Virus record (IMG/VR): IMGVR_UViG_3300025696_000014 | Coordinates: 1-36,791 of that record | DNA: 36,791 bases | Strand: one strand, 5' to 3' | DNA from: a virus | Taxonomy: Duplodnaviria; Caudoviricetes | Shown here: one piece after another, positions 19,570 to 27,248 of the stretch | Numbering within the stretch: position 1 is the first letter of the stretch | Layout: each line of letters opens with the position of its first letter | Notes under the pieces: model-generated | What the model was told of the DNA's origin: nothing | Database searches by the model: none | What the model saw: only the letters and a program-made list of their open reading frames with translations | Made by a program: the position numbers and the translations under genes

Positions 19570-19938
19570 CTAGTCATCTGCACCAATGACGGTGATCGTT
19601 ACCTCTACGTCTTGCTCTACAGGTCCACCACCAGCTCCTGTAATTTCCTGCCTAGATTTCTCGGTCCAGTCCATAGTGTGGGAAAGATAAAGCTTCAAGC
19701 TTTGAAAGTCTTTGTCAACAATGGCTTTTTCTTTTAGCGTATTTACAGCAAGCATTCCCGCCTTCATTCTACTCTTCGTATAGGCGGTAAAAACTCTCTG
19801 ATCTCTTTTGAAGATTTCCCGTAAGGTCTTGGCAGTTATAGAAAAATACTCAGCTAACTGGTCGTGAGTTAATACCGGACCTAATTCTTCTATCTCATCT
19901 ATTTCTTCATCTGTAAACTTACGCTCAGGTCTTGCCAT
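19570..19938 (-). CDS. terS: Terminase small subunit
   Basis: MARP start, HTH-like region, QEITGAGGGPV C-terminal motif; upstream of terL. Confidence 0.85.
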   Translation of the reverse strand: MARPERKFTDEEIDEIEELGPVLTHDQLAEYFSITAKTLREIFKRDQRVFTAYTKSRMKAGMLAVNTLKEKAIVDKDFQSLKLYLSHTMDWTEKSRQEITGAGGGPVEQDVEVTITVIGADD

Positions 19939-20362
19939 CGCTTCCTACTAGACCGAATCCGGTGAAAGGAATATGAACCACTGGTTCAACATCCTGTGAG
20001 TCTCCTCTATCGGTCCTGCCTCCCATTGCTACAGTAAAATCACACTTAGCTAAGTCTACCATTTCTAGTAGATCGGTCCATTGAACTACAAGCAAGCAAG
20101 GTTTTCCAGTATCTTCATGTAATCTTCTTGCAGCCTGTAGCTTTGCCAATGATAGCATATACGTTGCATAAGACCCAGCAGGCTTGCTTCTATGCTTCAT
20201 TTCAATAAACGCCACTATCTCTCTGTCTCTCTCAGCACAAAAATCTAGCATAGACTTCGTAGGCAGTTTGGTTAACTTACATCTCCAAATTTTCTCTAGT
20301 CTGCTTTTTAAGAATGTTTCGTTGAGCCTGTCTCCCTCTGTTTCATAAATTGGTCTACTCAA
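19925..20362 (-). CDS. PD-(D/E)xK nuclease (resolvase-like)
   Basis: LDF...FIEMKHR catalytic pattern and GGRTDRGDSQDVEP motif. Confidence 0.7.
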   Translation of the reverse strand: MSRPIYETEGDRLNETFLKSRLEKIWRCKLTKLPTKSMLDFCAERDREIVAFIEMKHRSKPAGSYATYMLSLAKLQAARRLHEDTGKPCLLVVQWTDLLEMVDLAKCDFTVAMGGRTDRGDSQDVEPVVHIPFTGFGLVGSDGKT

Positions 20363-20756
20363 GGCCTTTCTCCTCTCTGACTTGTCTTCTAGCCTTAGCT
20401 TGGCGCATGAACTTATAATCTGAATGCCTCATTTTTTCTTTTTTCTGTACTGACTTTTCATGTATTAGTAGAAAAGTATCGTCTAATCCTTTCTTTTGCA
20501 TAAGCTTGTAGTCTCTATCTGGTGCGAACGGAGTGTCCCCAGAGAACAAGTCAGATGTTTTTAGCCCCACAGCCTCTGCTATTGCTGGAGCCTTAGACCC
20601 ACAAGCAAAGCAATAAGCTAGTATTTTGTCGTCAACAATCTTAATAGTCATGCTGGGATTGTTGTCATCATGAACAGGACATAGCGCAGTATATTTGTCA
20701 TCGCCTACTTGTTTAACTTTCTGTAAACGATTCAAGAAGTTATTGACGTAGCTCAT
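20355..20756 (-). CDS. Primase-type CHC2 zinc-finger protein without a catalytic domain
   Basis: CPVHDDNNPSM...YCFACG; only 133 aa. Confidence 0.8.
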   Translation of the reverse strand: MSYVNNFLNRLQKVKQVGDDKYTALCPVHDDNNPSMTIKIVDDKILAYCFACGSKAPAIAEAVGLKTSDLFSGDTPFAPDRDYKLMQKKGLDDTFLLIHEKSVQKKEKMRHSDYKFMRQAKARRQVREEKGLE

Positions 20757-22221
20757 GCTCTCTCCTCTTATAATTCTTAATGTTCATATGCTGGATGTAA
20801 CCTTTGACTTCTTCTGGTATCTCTGTACTAGCTACCTTGTCTAAGCCTCTGGGCCATACCCCAAACTTTTTACGATAAGCCCAGCTAGACCATCCATCCT
20901 TATAACCTCGGTTTATGCAATGCCTTATCAAGCCGCTAAGGAAGACTTGTTTGTCCTCTTTGCTAGTAAGCCTGTTAACCTTCACTAGCTCTTTGCCATC
21001 ATCCTTGAGTATCTCGGCTTTAGGAGGTAGCTGGTAGCCACAGGCTCCGCACGTTCTGCCTTGAAACTGGCTGTAGCATACTGGGCATTCCTGCATCTTG
21101 AGTTCAACTTCTGGCTTCTCAACTTTTTCTTTTTCCTTAAAGTTTTGCTCACCTTCATCTAACTCTTTAGGGATAACGTCCTCTGGGAATTGCCCATGCT
21201 CCTCCAGATTACCCGCATGATCTAGATAGGTTGCTATCTCTTTGCCCGGATGTATCCGCATGATGCGCCCAGCTCTCTGAACAAAACTAATCAGAGACTT
21301 AGTAGGGAAGCAGTCAATAAGTATCTCTGTAGATGGAGAGTCATAGCCAGTTGCCAGCAGTTTTGAACATGACAATACCTTGTAAACTCCGTCCTCAAAG
21401 TCTTGATAAATTAGCTTTCTCTCTTCATCAGGCGTGTACCCATCAATGTGACAGGCTGGAATGCCTGCCTTATTAAATCTCTCTACCAAGTTTTTTGAGA
21501 ATGTAATGTTAGGAGCAAAGGCTATTCCACGCCTTGTGAGTCCCTTAGAATGCTTCCTGTAGTTTTCGATGATGTCTCCTGACAGAGTATCGTCTTCTAG
21601 CATCTTCTTTCCTAGCTCATCAGGGTCGTAGTCTGAACCGCCAGTAGGTAGCGCCCTAGTCTTGATGCCTTTAGTGTCTAGCCTCTTTCCTGCAAAATAC
21701 TCTACAGGACACAGCCAGCCTTCCTCCATCAAGTCTCTAGGCTTCTTGGTGACTATCAGGTCATCGTAGGTCAGTCCAAGATTTTTGCTGTAAGGAGTAG
21801 CTGACATACCAATGAAAGGTATGGCATTCCATCTATGCATGATTTTTAAAAGGCCTTTGTACTGAACGTGGCACTCATCAACAATACCAACATCAAACCT
21901 AAGCTCCCGGTTGATAGCAGTCTGAACGCTGGCGATTTGAATCTTCTTAGTATGATCAAAAGGTCTATCTGCTTGGATGACAGTGTAGTCAGCCCCCAGA
22001 CGCTTAAAAGTTTCTTCAGTCTGAGCCAACAGTTTTAATCGGTCTACAAAGAAAATGCCTGTCTTACCTTTCTTGGCAGCAGACATAAGAATATGGCAAG
22101 AAATAGCTGTCTTTCCAAAACTACAAGGAGCCGCCAGTATTGGTCTAAGCTTTCCAGACGCTAGGCTGCCCCTCAGAGCAGCTACAGCGTCCAATTGATA
22201 TGGTCTAAGCTCGGCAACCAT
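20740..22221 (-). CDS. Superfamily 2 (DExH) helicase with a C-terminal Zn ribbon
   Basis: LRPYQ Q-motif, APCSFGKT, DECH, SATP, TGYD, QRAGR; CPVC...CGAC. Confidence 0.93.
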   Translation of the reverse strand: MVAELRPYQLDAVAALRGSLASGKLRPILAAPCSFGKTAISCHILMSAAKKGKTGIFFVDRLKLLAQTEETFKRLGADYTVIQADRPFDHTKKIQIASVQTAINRELRFDVGIVDECHVQYKGLLKIMHRWNAIPFIGMSATPYSKNLGLTYDDLIVTKKPRDLMEEGWLCPVEYFAGKRLDTKGIKTRALPTGGSDYDPDELGKKMLEDDTLSGDIIENYRKHSKGLTRRGIAFAPNITFSKNLVERFNKAGIPACHIDGYTPDEERKLIYQDFEDGVYKVLSCSKLLATGYDSPSTEILIDCFPTKSLISFVQRAGRIMRIHPGKEIATYLDHAGNLEEHGQFPEDVIPKELDEGEQNFKEKEKVEKPEVELKMQECPVCYSQFQGRTCGACGYQLPPKAEILKDDGKELVKVNRLTSKEDKQVFLSGLIRHCINRGYKDGWSSWAYRKKFGVWPRGLDKVASTEIPEEVKGYIQHMNIKNYKRREHELRQ

Positions 22222-22619
22222 TAATAATTCTCCACTGACTCATTGGGATCATAAGGAGGAACGTGAGCATCAACATGGCTGATCATCCAAGCTTTAAGCG
22301 CCTTTTGAATTATTGTCTGGAAAGCATTAGCAGCAGACAAAGTATCTCTATCATTTCGCGCCATGTTAACTATTGCCTGCGCGTAATCATGTCCGTCTAA
22401 ATCTTCTATAGCCTCAAAGAAAAAATCTGTGTCTGCCTCTGGGCCAAAGTACAAGTCTATGCCTGTCTCCATCACATCATCAGAAACTAAATCCCAATCA
22501 ACTCCATCAGGCTCTAACCAGTATTTGACTTGATCAAAAAAGTTTTCTTGCTTGATTGAAAATGTTTTAGTGGTTGGTGAATAAGGTACTGTTGTCATTT
22601 TTTTTCTCCGGTTATGCAC
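22221..22619 (-). CDS. Acidic hypothetical protein (likely start 22598)
   Basis: Open frame coupled to the helicase start; GGAG RBS before MTTVP. Confidence 0.7.
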   Translation of the reverse strand: MHNRRKKMTTVPYSPTTKTFSIKQENFFDQVKYWLEPDGVDWDLVSDDVMETGIDLYFGPEADTDFFFEAIEDLDGHDYAQAIVNMARNDRDTLSAANAFQTIIQKALKAWMISHVDAHVPPYDPNESVENY

Positions 22620-22637
22620 ATCCTTGTGCTGGTTAGT

Positions 22638-22904
22638 TTAAAGGTTTGCTACCGCTTCCTCGTCCCACGAAACCCAATACAATTTCTGGTCGTTAACTTT
22701 ACTGGGATGTGTCTCTATATCCAGCATTCCTTTTTTAACAAGCGAGGCTATTGCACCCCGCATTTCTTTAGGGTCGTCTTCATTAAAGATAAGGTCTATT
22801 GATGCTACCATCTCAGTTTCTTTTAATATTTCTTTCAAATTGCACAGCACTTTTGTTTCTAATTCAGTAAATACCGCTTTTATTATTTCTTGTGATTTTG
22901 TCAT
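22638..22904 (-). CDS. Hypothetical protein, possible winged helix
   Basis: MRGAIASLVKKGML resembles a wHTH recognition helix and wing; has its own promoter upstream. Confidence 0.65.
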   Translation of the reverse strand: MTKSQEIIKAVFTELETKVLCNLKEILKETEMVASIDLIFNEDDPKEMRGAIASLVKKGMLDIETHPSKVNDQKLYWVSWDEEAVANL

Positions 22905-22936
22905 TTTTTTTCCCTGTGTTATTAATCAATATGGTT

Positions 22937-22965
22937 ATTAGACCATACCTAATGCCTATTTGCAA
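22937..22965 (-). promoter_or_regulatory. Sigma70-like leftward promoter
   Basis: TTGCAA-17 bp-TCTAAT with TGn extension; shares a 16-bp identity with the 24505-24533 promoter. Confidence 0.65.
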
Positions 22966-23010
22966 ACACTTTGTTAACAATATAATCCTTTATATATCAA
23001 TAATTTGGTG

Positions 23011-23277
23011 CGTACTCAAATCATTCGCTAAGAGTACGACTAACCTTAGCGCGGTTTCCTCGGCTGGCGCATGAAACTGGAAGTTTTACGGGTAGATAAC
23101 CCGCTTAAACTATTGATCCCATCACCAACTGCCAGTGTTTTTCTGAATTTGCCCACCGCTGACTGGGACACGGAGCGTTGCAAAAAGTAATAAAAAAAAC
23201 GCTCCCATCTTTAAAGCCTGATTTTTAGACCCACGCTCAGGCAAACGTGGAGAACAGGAAATGACTCCTGTGGTCTT
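23011..23277 (-). ncRNA. Candidate structured RNA region (hairpin/pseudoknot cluster)
   Basis: Non-coding gap with at least five inverted repeats, including CGTACTC/GAGTACG, GCGGGT/ACCCGT, GGAGCGTT/AACGCTCC, and CCACG/CGTGG whose loop GCCTGA is complementary to downstream TCAGGC. Confidence 0.4.
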
Positions 23278-23361
23278 CTATAAAACCCATCCTGTCGCAA
23301 CCATTACTCCTAACAACGCACTTAGGAAAAGACACACTATCATGCTCATTAGTTCTTTCAT
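23278..23361 (-). CDS. 27-aa single-pass membrane peptide
   Basis: MKELMSMIVCLFLSALLGVMVATGWVL with a GAGGAGAGG RBS. Confidence 0.55.
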   Translation of the reverse strand: MKELMSMIVCLFLSALLGVMVATGWVL

Positions 23362-23371
23362 TGTCCTCTCC

Positions 23372-23593
23372 TCATAGTTTTCTCCAAATTCTAATTGAAT
23401 TATCTTCTTGTGTTTGCAACGTCCATTTACGCTTGTTTCCAAACTTATTACGCAAAGCAACGTAGACTCTGTTAGCTTCTCTCATGTCATCAAACGCTAC
23501 GCTATGTCCTACTTTCATTGGATCTGCCCAAGCATACTTACTTGGTTTTTTTATCCTGCCTGTTGGGAGAGGAATGTTAGTGTCAATTTTCAT
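23372..23593 (-). CDS. Small putative DNA-binding protein
   Basis: KIDTNIPLP...SKY...MKVGHS...IRIWR pattern common in small phage proteins; resembles 26855..27091. Confidence 0.75.
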   Translation of the reverse strand: MKIDTNIPLPTGRIKKPSKYAWADPMKVGHSVAFDDMREANRVYVALRNKFGNKRKWTLQTQEDNSIRIWRKL

Positions 23594-23898
23594 TAGTAGT
23601 CAGCCTCCCAGTTATTGGGCAATGACTTCCTTTTGCCAACGCATTCCTCATACCAAACTTTTGTCTTTGCTTGCCTCCAGTAATATCTTTTTAAAACTTC
23701 TCTAGCTTTTTTAACGTGGAGCTTAATCTTTCCGTAGCTTGCAGCTTCTTGAAAAACTACCCACTTTCTACCCCAAACAACATTGTAAAATCGTTCTCCG
23801 TTTTTTAGATTGATGTTTATGCTAAAAGTGTCACCGCATTTTTGAGACATCAGCACATCCTTATGCTGATAGAAATTGTTAGATTGAATAATTGTCAT
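23593..23898 (-). CDS. Hypothetical protein
   Basis: 101-aa ORF coupled to its neighbours. Confidence 0.65.
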   Translation of the reverse strand: MTIIQSNNFYQHKDVLMSQKCGDTFSININLKNGERFYNVVWGRKWVVFQEAASYGKIKLHVKKAREVLKRYYWRQAKTKVWYEECVGKRKSLPNNWEADY

Positions 23899-24208
23899 TT
23901 TTTATCTCTTTAGTAGTTTTCTGAATCCATATTGGCTTTTTAACAAAACCAGTAACACCTGTGTTTACCAATATTTGCTTATGCGTCTTATTCTTTTTCT
24001 CCCAATAAACATTCTTATCAGCCTGAGCTGCCTTCAAAAGTGCTGAAGCTGTTGATTTTTTGCCTTTCAAAAAAAACGTAACATCTTCATCATCGTCTTT
24101 TTTTAATTCCAACAATTTGAGCATAATTGTTATGACTTGCTCATACTGAGAAGGTCTAAACTTTAAATGTTTATCGTACTTTCCAGTGGCTATTACTTCA
24201 TATTTCAT
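23879..24208 (-). CDS. Lys-rich hypothetical protein
   Basis: 109-aa ORF with a TAATG overlap to the upstream gene. Confidence 0.65.
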   Translation of the reverse strand: MKYEVIATGKYDKHLKFRPSQYEQVITIMLKLLELKKDDDEDVTFFLKGKKSTASALLKAAQADKNVYWEKKNKTHKQILVNTGVTGFVKKPIWIQKTTKEIKNDNYSI

Positions 24209-24471
24209 TACTTAGCTCTCCAAGAATGCGTCACAACTTCTTTTACATTGGTATGAGCTGTAATAAATTGTCTGCTAAGTTTTGCTTTTGCAGATTTTGT
24301 ATCAAAAATTGCTCGGTTAGAAACTGAGACAGTAAGATCAAACTCTGTGCCTTCATAAGTGCCAGCACCGTTTGCCTTAATGTTGTTAAGCAACTCAGTA
24401 TGAGCTTTTTCAAGCTTCATTTTTTGAACTTTGATTTTTGCTAACTGGTCAATCTGTTGTTGTAATGTCAT
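24208..24471 (-). CDS. Hypothetical early protein
   Basis: 87 aa, N-terminal coiled coil; GGAG RBS and promoter upstream. Confidence 0.75.
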   Translation of the reverse strand: MTLQQQIDQLAKIKVQKMKLEKAHTELLNNIKANGAGTYEGTEFDLTVSVSNRAIFDTKSAKAKLSRQFITAHTNVKEVVTHSWRAK

Positions 24472-24504
24472 TTTTTATCTCCGTTTTATTTAGTTAATAT
24501 AAGC

Positions 24505-24533
24505 ATTATACATACTTTAAATCTATTTGCAAA
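24505..24533 (-). promoter_or_regulatory. Sigma70-like leftward early promoter
   Basis: (T)TTGCAA-16/17 bp-TATAAT on the minus strand. Confidence 0.7.
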
Positions 24534-24569
24534 CACTTATTTAACTGCTTTGTCACTTACCGTAACTTA

Positions 24570-24628
24570 ACACTACATATTGTATGTAATCAAAAAGGGC
24601 TCAGGTTTTTAACCACTATATGTAGTAT
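24570..24628. promoter_or_regulatory. Tandem NrdR-box-like palindromes
   Basis: ACACTACATATTGTAT (24570-24585) and CCACTATATGTAGTAT (24613-24628) match the consensus acaCwAtATaTwGtgt at 14/16 and 13/16; 43 bp apart. Confidence 0.6.
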
Positions 24629-24644
24629 GTGATTTTTTTATGCC

Positions 24645-24920
24645 TATGCGGAATCTGAGCTTTGGAGGCAACACTCACCCTACCGCTAGTGCGGCAAGGC
24701 AGCGTTATCATGCCCACGCTTTCACCCTCGCATGGGAGGTCTTGTACGCCACTACAGGCTACAAGCTGGTAAAATTACGGTTGCAGTACCGCCTCTGTGC
24801 GCTTTTACCCGCCAGCAAGAGCTGACCACTCATGGCGCTTTAACGGCAGGATTTCCAGAGAACCCTCAGATTTTAAGAGCCGGGTGTCGCTTGCGCGGAC
24901 CATCGCTCTACCTACCGGAC
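24645..24920 (-). ncRNA. Candidate ~275-nt structured non-coding RNA
   Basis: GC-rich island in an AT-rich gap; own promoter; long-range stem AATCTGAG/CTCAGATT, several internal hairpins and a CGC-GCAA-GCG GNRA loop; G-U pairs favour the minus strand. Confidence 0.55.
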
Positions 24921-24925
24921 TACCG

Positions 24926-24954
24926 AATTTACTCCTGTCAAAAATTTAATGCAA
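24926..24954 (-). promoter_or_regulatory. Leftward promoter for the structured RNA
   Basis: TTGCAT-17 bp-TAAATT on the minus strand. Confidence 0.55.
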
Positions 24955-24977
24955 CACTTTTTTAGATTACAGTTGAT

Positions 24978-25006
24978 TTGCATTTTGCACACAGCTTTGG
25001 TAGGCT
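24978..25006 (+). promoter_or_regulatory. Rightward promoter of the recombination arm
   Basis: TTGCAT-17 bp-TAGGCT with TGn extension, followed by an AAGGAG RBS and ATG at 25028. Confidence 0.6.
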
Positions 25007-25027
25007 TGGTTTTTTAAGGAGAAAATT

Positions 25028-25300
25028 ATGGCTAAAGACATTATGGCAATTCGGCAAAGAATGCAGGAAAGCGATGACGATAATATGGTTTCCATTGAGG
25101 CACAGTTATCAGATGAACATTTACTGTATCTCTGGGAAGTTGTTAGCGCCGTTGTTAACAACACTAAAGATGGAAAGGTTGATTTCAAAAAAGCCTCTGA
25201 GCAAGTTGCTGGTGATGCGCCAGAAGATTTACCTGAAAGTTTGAACCTCGTAAGTCTGGACTCCACCATCAAAGATATTTCGGATGAACTAAAATCTTAG
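25028..25300 (+). CDS. Acidic hypothetical protein
   Basis: 90 aa; strong RBS; first gene of the rightward arm. Confidence 0.75.
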   Translation: MAKDIMAIRQRMQESDDDNMVSIEAQLSDEHLLYLWEVVSAVVNNTKDGKVDFKKASEQVAGDAPEDLPESLNLVSLDSTIKDISDELKS

Positions 25301-25310
25301 GGAGAAGAGT

Positions 25311-25895
25311 ATGCAAGACGGAATATTTTGGTCTAGATTTTTTAAAGTAAAATCTAAGATTCATGCTCCAAGTAAAGATGGTAGCAATGATTTTGCAAAT
25401 AACCATAAGTACACTAAGTTGGAGACTTTGCTAGATCACATTACCCCAGCCTTACAAGAAGAGAATATCTATTTTCATTTTGAAGATGTTAACTCTGAAA
25501 ATCAGGCTGGCGTTACCTGTCACTTTAAAGTTGTTTTGTCTGACTCAATTGTATCTGAGTACAGTCAGACTACGACAGTTGATAAGGGTAAACGTGATCC
25601 ACAGGGAACTGGTAGCTGCTACACCTATTGCAAGCGTTACCTCATGCTCAGTATGTTTGGATTTGGAGACCCGAACAACCGAGAGAAGTGGGTATCAACA
25701 GACGATGATGCTCACTATGCGACTAACGCCAAAGTAGATACTAAGAAGCTACAGGCTGAGTGCAAGAAGGCTGGCATAGAGGAGCAGTTGATATTTAACG
25801 CTGTAGGCATTAAAAGCTGGGAGGATGCTACAGATAAAGACGTAGCGGTTATTCAGCAGCGCCTAAAAGACTACAAGGCAAGGATGGCTGCATGA
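25311..25895 (+). CDS. erf: Erf-family single-strand annealing protein
   Basis: KYTKLE...PAL and DPQGTGSCYTYCKRY...DDDA match the ERF signature (Q..GS..TY..RY...DDD). Confidence 0.85.
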   Translation: MQDGIFWSRFFKVKSKIHAPSKDGSNDFANNHKYTKLETLLDHITPALQEENIYFHFEDVNSENQAGVTCHFKVVLSDSIVSEYSQTTTVDKGKRDPQGTGSCYTYCKRYLMLSMFGFGDPNNREKWVSTDDDAHYATNAKVDTKKLQAECKKAGIEEQLIFNAVGIKSWEDATDKDVAVIQQRLKDYKARMAA

Positions 25896-26506
25896 GAGTA
25901 TTTGACTGTGTGCAGGGAACTCCTGAGTGGCTGGAATGCCGCTTAGGGTTCATAACGGCATCTCAGGCCTCTAGTTTCTTTACGTCTAAGGGTGAAAAGC
26001 CTACCAAAAGCGTAACTGATAAGGCTATAAACCAGATTATAGGCGATAAACTAGATCGCTTTTTGGTGGCTGGCTATGAATCTCAGGCCATGAAAGACGG
26101 TAAAGAAAAGGAACCGCAGGCTAGAGCTACCTCAGAGCTTCTCTTAGGCATTCAATTTAAGGAGGTAGGGTTTATAGCCCATGACGATTACGACATAGGA
26201 TGCTCTCCTGATGGCCTTCTAGGAGATACTTCTGGCATAGAGATAAAGTGTCCTCTCAAGGCTACCCACGTTGGATACCTTAGATCAGGAAAGCTACCCG
26301 CAATATACGTTCAGCAAGTACAGCTTACAATGCATCTACTAGGCCTTGATAGCTATTACTGGATGTCCTACTACCCTACGCTGCCTCCTGTGTTAATTGA
26401 GATTAAGAAGGATCAGGAACTGCTAGATAAGGCGTGGCCCTTATTGGTAACCGCAGCTAAGACTATTACAACTGAAACGGAGAAACTTGATGAGTTACGA
26501 AACTGA
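25892..26506 (+). CDS. YqaJ/lambda-type exonuclease
   Basis: QGTPEWLECRLGFITAS, GCSPDGL, IEIKCP, YVQQVQ. Confidence 0.93.
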   Translation: MRVFDCVQGTPEWLECRLGFITASQASSFFTSKGEKPTKSVTDKAINQIIGDKLDRFLVAGYESQAMKDGKEKEPQARATSELLLGIQFKEVGFIAHDDYDIGCSPDGLLGDTSGIEIKCPLKATHVGYLRSGKLPAIYVQQVQLTMHLLGLDSYYWMSYYPTLPPVLIEIKKDQELLDKAWPLLVTAAKTITTETEKLDELRN

Positions 26507-26858
26507 AAAAACTTTTAGCCTAAATCCCTGCAAAGGGTTTCAAGGAAAAATGGAGGTAAATGGTAAAACTGTCTATCTTTCTGGAGTTGAGAAAAGCACT
26601 AGAGATGGCAGGAAATGGCTGCAAGTTATGGCAGATGACCTTTCTTTTTCTTTTACTCTGAATATTTCCAAGTATGATGATAAGGCTTACTTTGGAAAAG
26701 TAGATATTGAAGGACAGACTTTTAATCTAAAAGCCGCTCAGAGAGAAAGCTCTAATGGAATGTTTATTAGCGGTTGGCAGGCTCAAGATAAAGTTGCAAA
26801 CAACCCTCCTCCAGAAGCAGCAAAGATTGATCTTGATTTAGAGGACATACCGTTTTGA
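26487..26858 (+). CDS. Putative single-stranded DNA-binding protein
   Basis: Beta-rich body with an acidic C-terminal tip DLDLEDIPF; lies next to the SSAP and exonuclease. Confidence 0.6.
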   Translation: MMSYETEKTFSLNPCKGFQGKMEVNGKTVYLSGVEKSTRDGRKWLQVMADDLSFSFTLNISKYDDKAYFGKVDIEGQTFNLKAAQRESSNGMFISGWQAQDKVANNPPPEAAKIDLDLEDIPF

Positions 26859-27091
26859 AAATTGATGCTATTGCAAAACCTATTTCCAACAGAGGTAGAA
26901 AACAAACCAGCAAATACGTTAAGCAATTTATAGCTTTAAAAAAAGGCGGCAAAGATTGTCTGTTGTTTGATTCACATCATGCTATGAGAAGTGCGTACTA
27001 CGCTATATATGCTCATTGCCAGAGGAAGGATGTTAGTTACAAGCCTTTCTCTAGCCCGGTGGAGGATGGTTTTGCAATTTGGAAAACCTAG
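26855..27091 (+). CDS. Small putative DNA-binding protein
   Basis: MKID...P...GRK..SKY...IWK; similar to 23372..23593. Confidence 0.65.
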   Translation: MKIDAIAKPISNRGRKQTSKYVKQFIALKKGGKDCLLFDSHHAMRSAYYAIYAHCQRKDVSYKPFSSPVEDGFAIWKT

Positions 27092-27248
27092 AGTCTACGC
27101 TGCACACATTTGCAGCCTAAAGACCAGAGAAGAGCGAGTGGAGGCTTTGGAAAAAGTGCCAGCCAAAATTCGTTCTTGGGTTAAATTTTACGTTGAGGAC
27201 GCTTATGTCAAACGAAACATTCAAAGAGCTAGAGAAAACAACACTTGA
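27066..27248 (+). CDS. Hypothetical protein (start uncertain)
   Basis: KPRVYAAHICSLKTREERVEALEKVP; fills the gap between its neighbours. Confidence 0.55.
   Translation: MVLQFGKPRVYAAHICSLKTREERVEALEKVPAKIRSWVKFYVEDAYVKRNIQRARENNT

Noticed and set aside
19404-19737. Longer start of ORF 19140..19460 and plus-strand ORF 19270..19737
   Set aside because: The region is occupied by the 54-aa MPLKKG gene and terS; the plus-strand ORF is their antisense shadow.
22110-22135. Helicase Walker A variant APCSFGKT
   Set aside because: GKT and the other SF2 motifs are intact; probably a family variant, not inactivation.
24755-24835. Twister- or hammerhead-like fragments in the structured RNA
   Set aside because: I could not assemble the conserved catalytic cores, so no ribozyme is claimed.
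24936-24941. Perfect TTGACA on the minus strand
   Set aside because: No -10 hexamer at the right spacing; the TTGCAT/TAAATT pair fits better.
24640-24965. Plus-strand ORFs 24640..24825 and 24732..24965
   Set aside because: No clear RBS or protein-like features; the region is better explained by minus-strand RNA structure.
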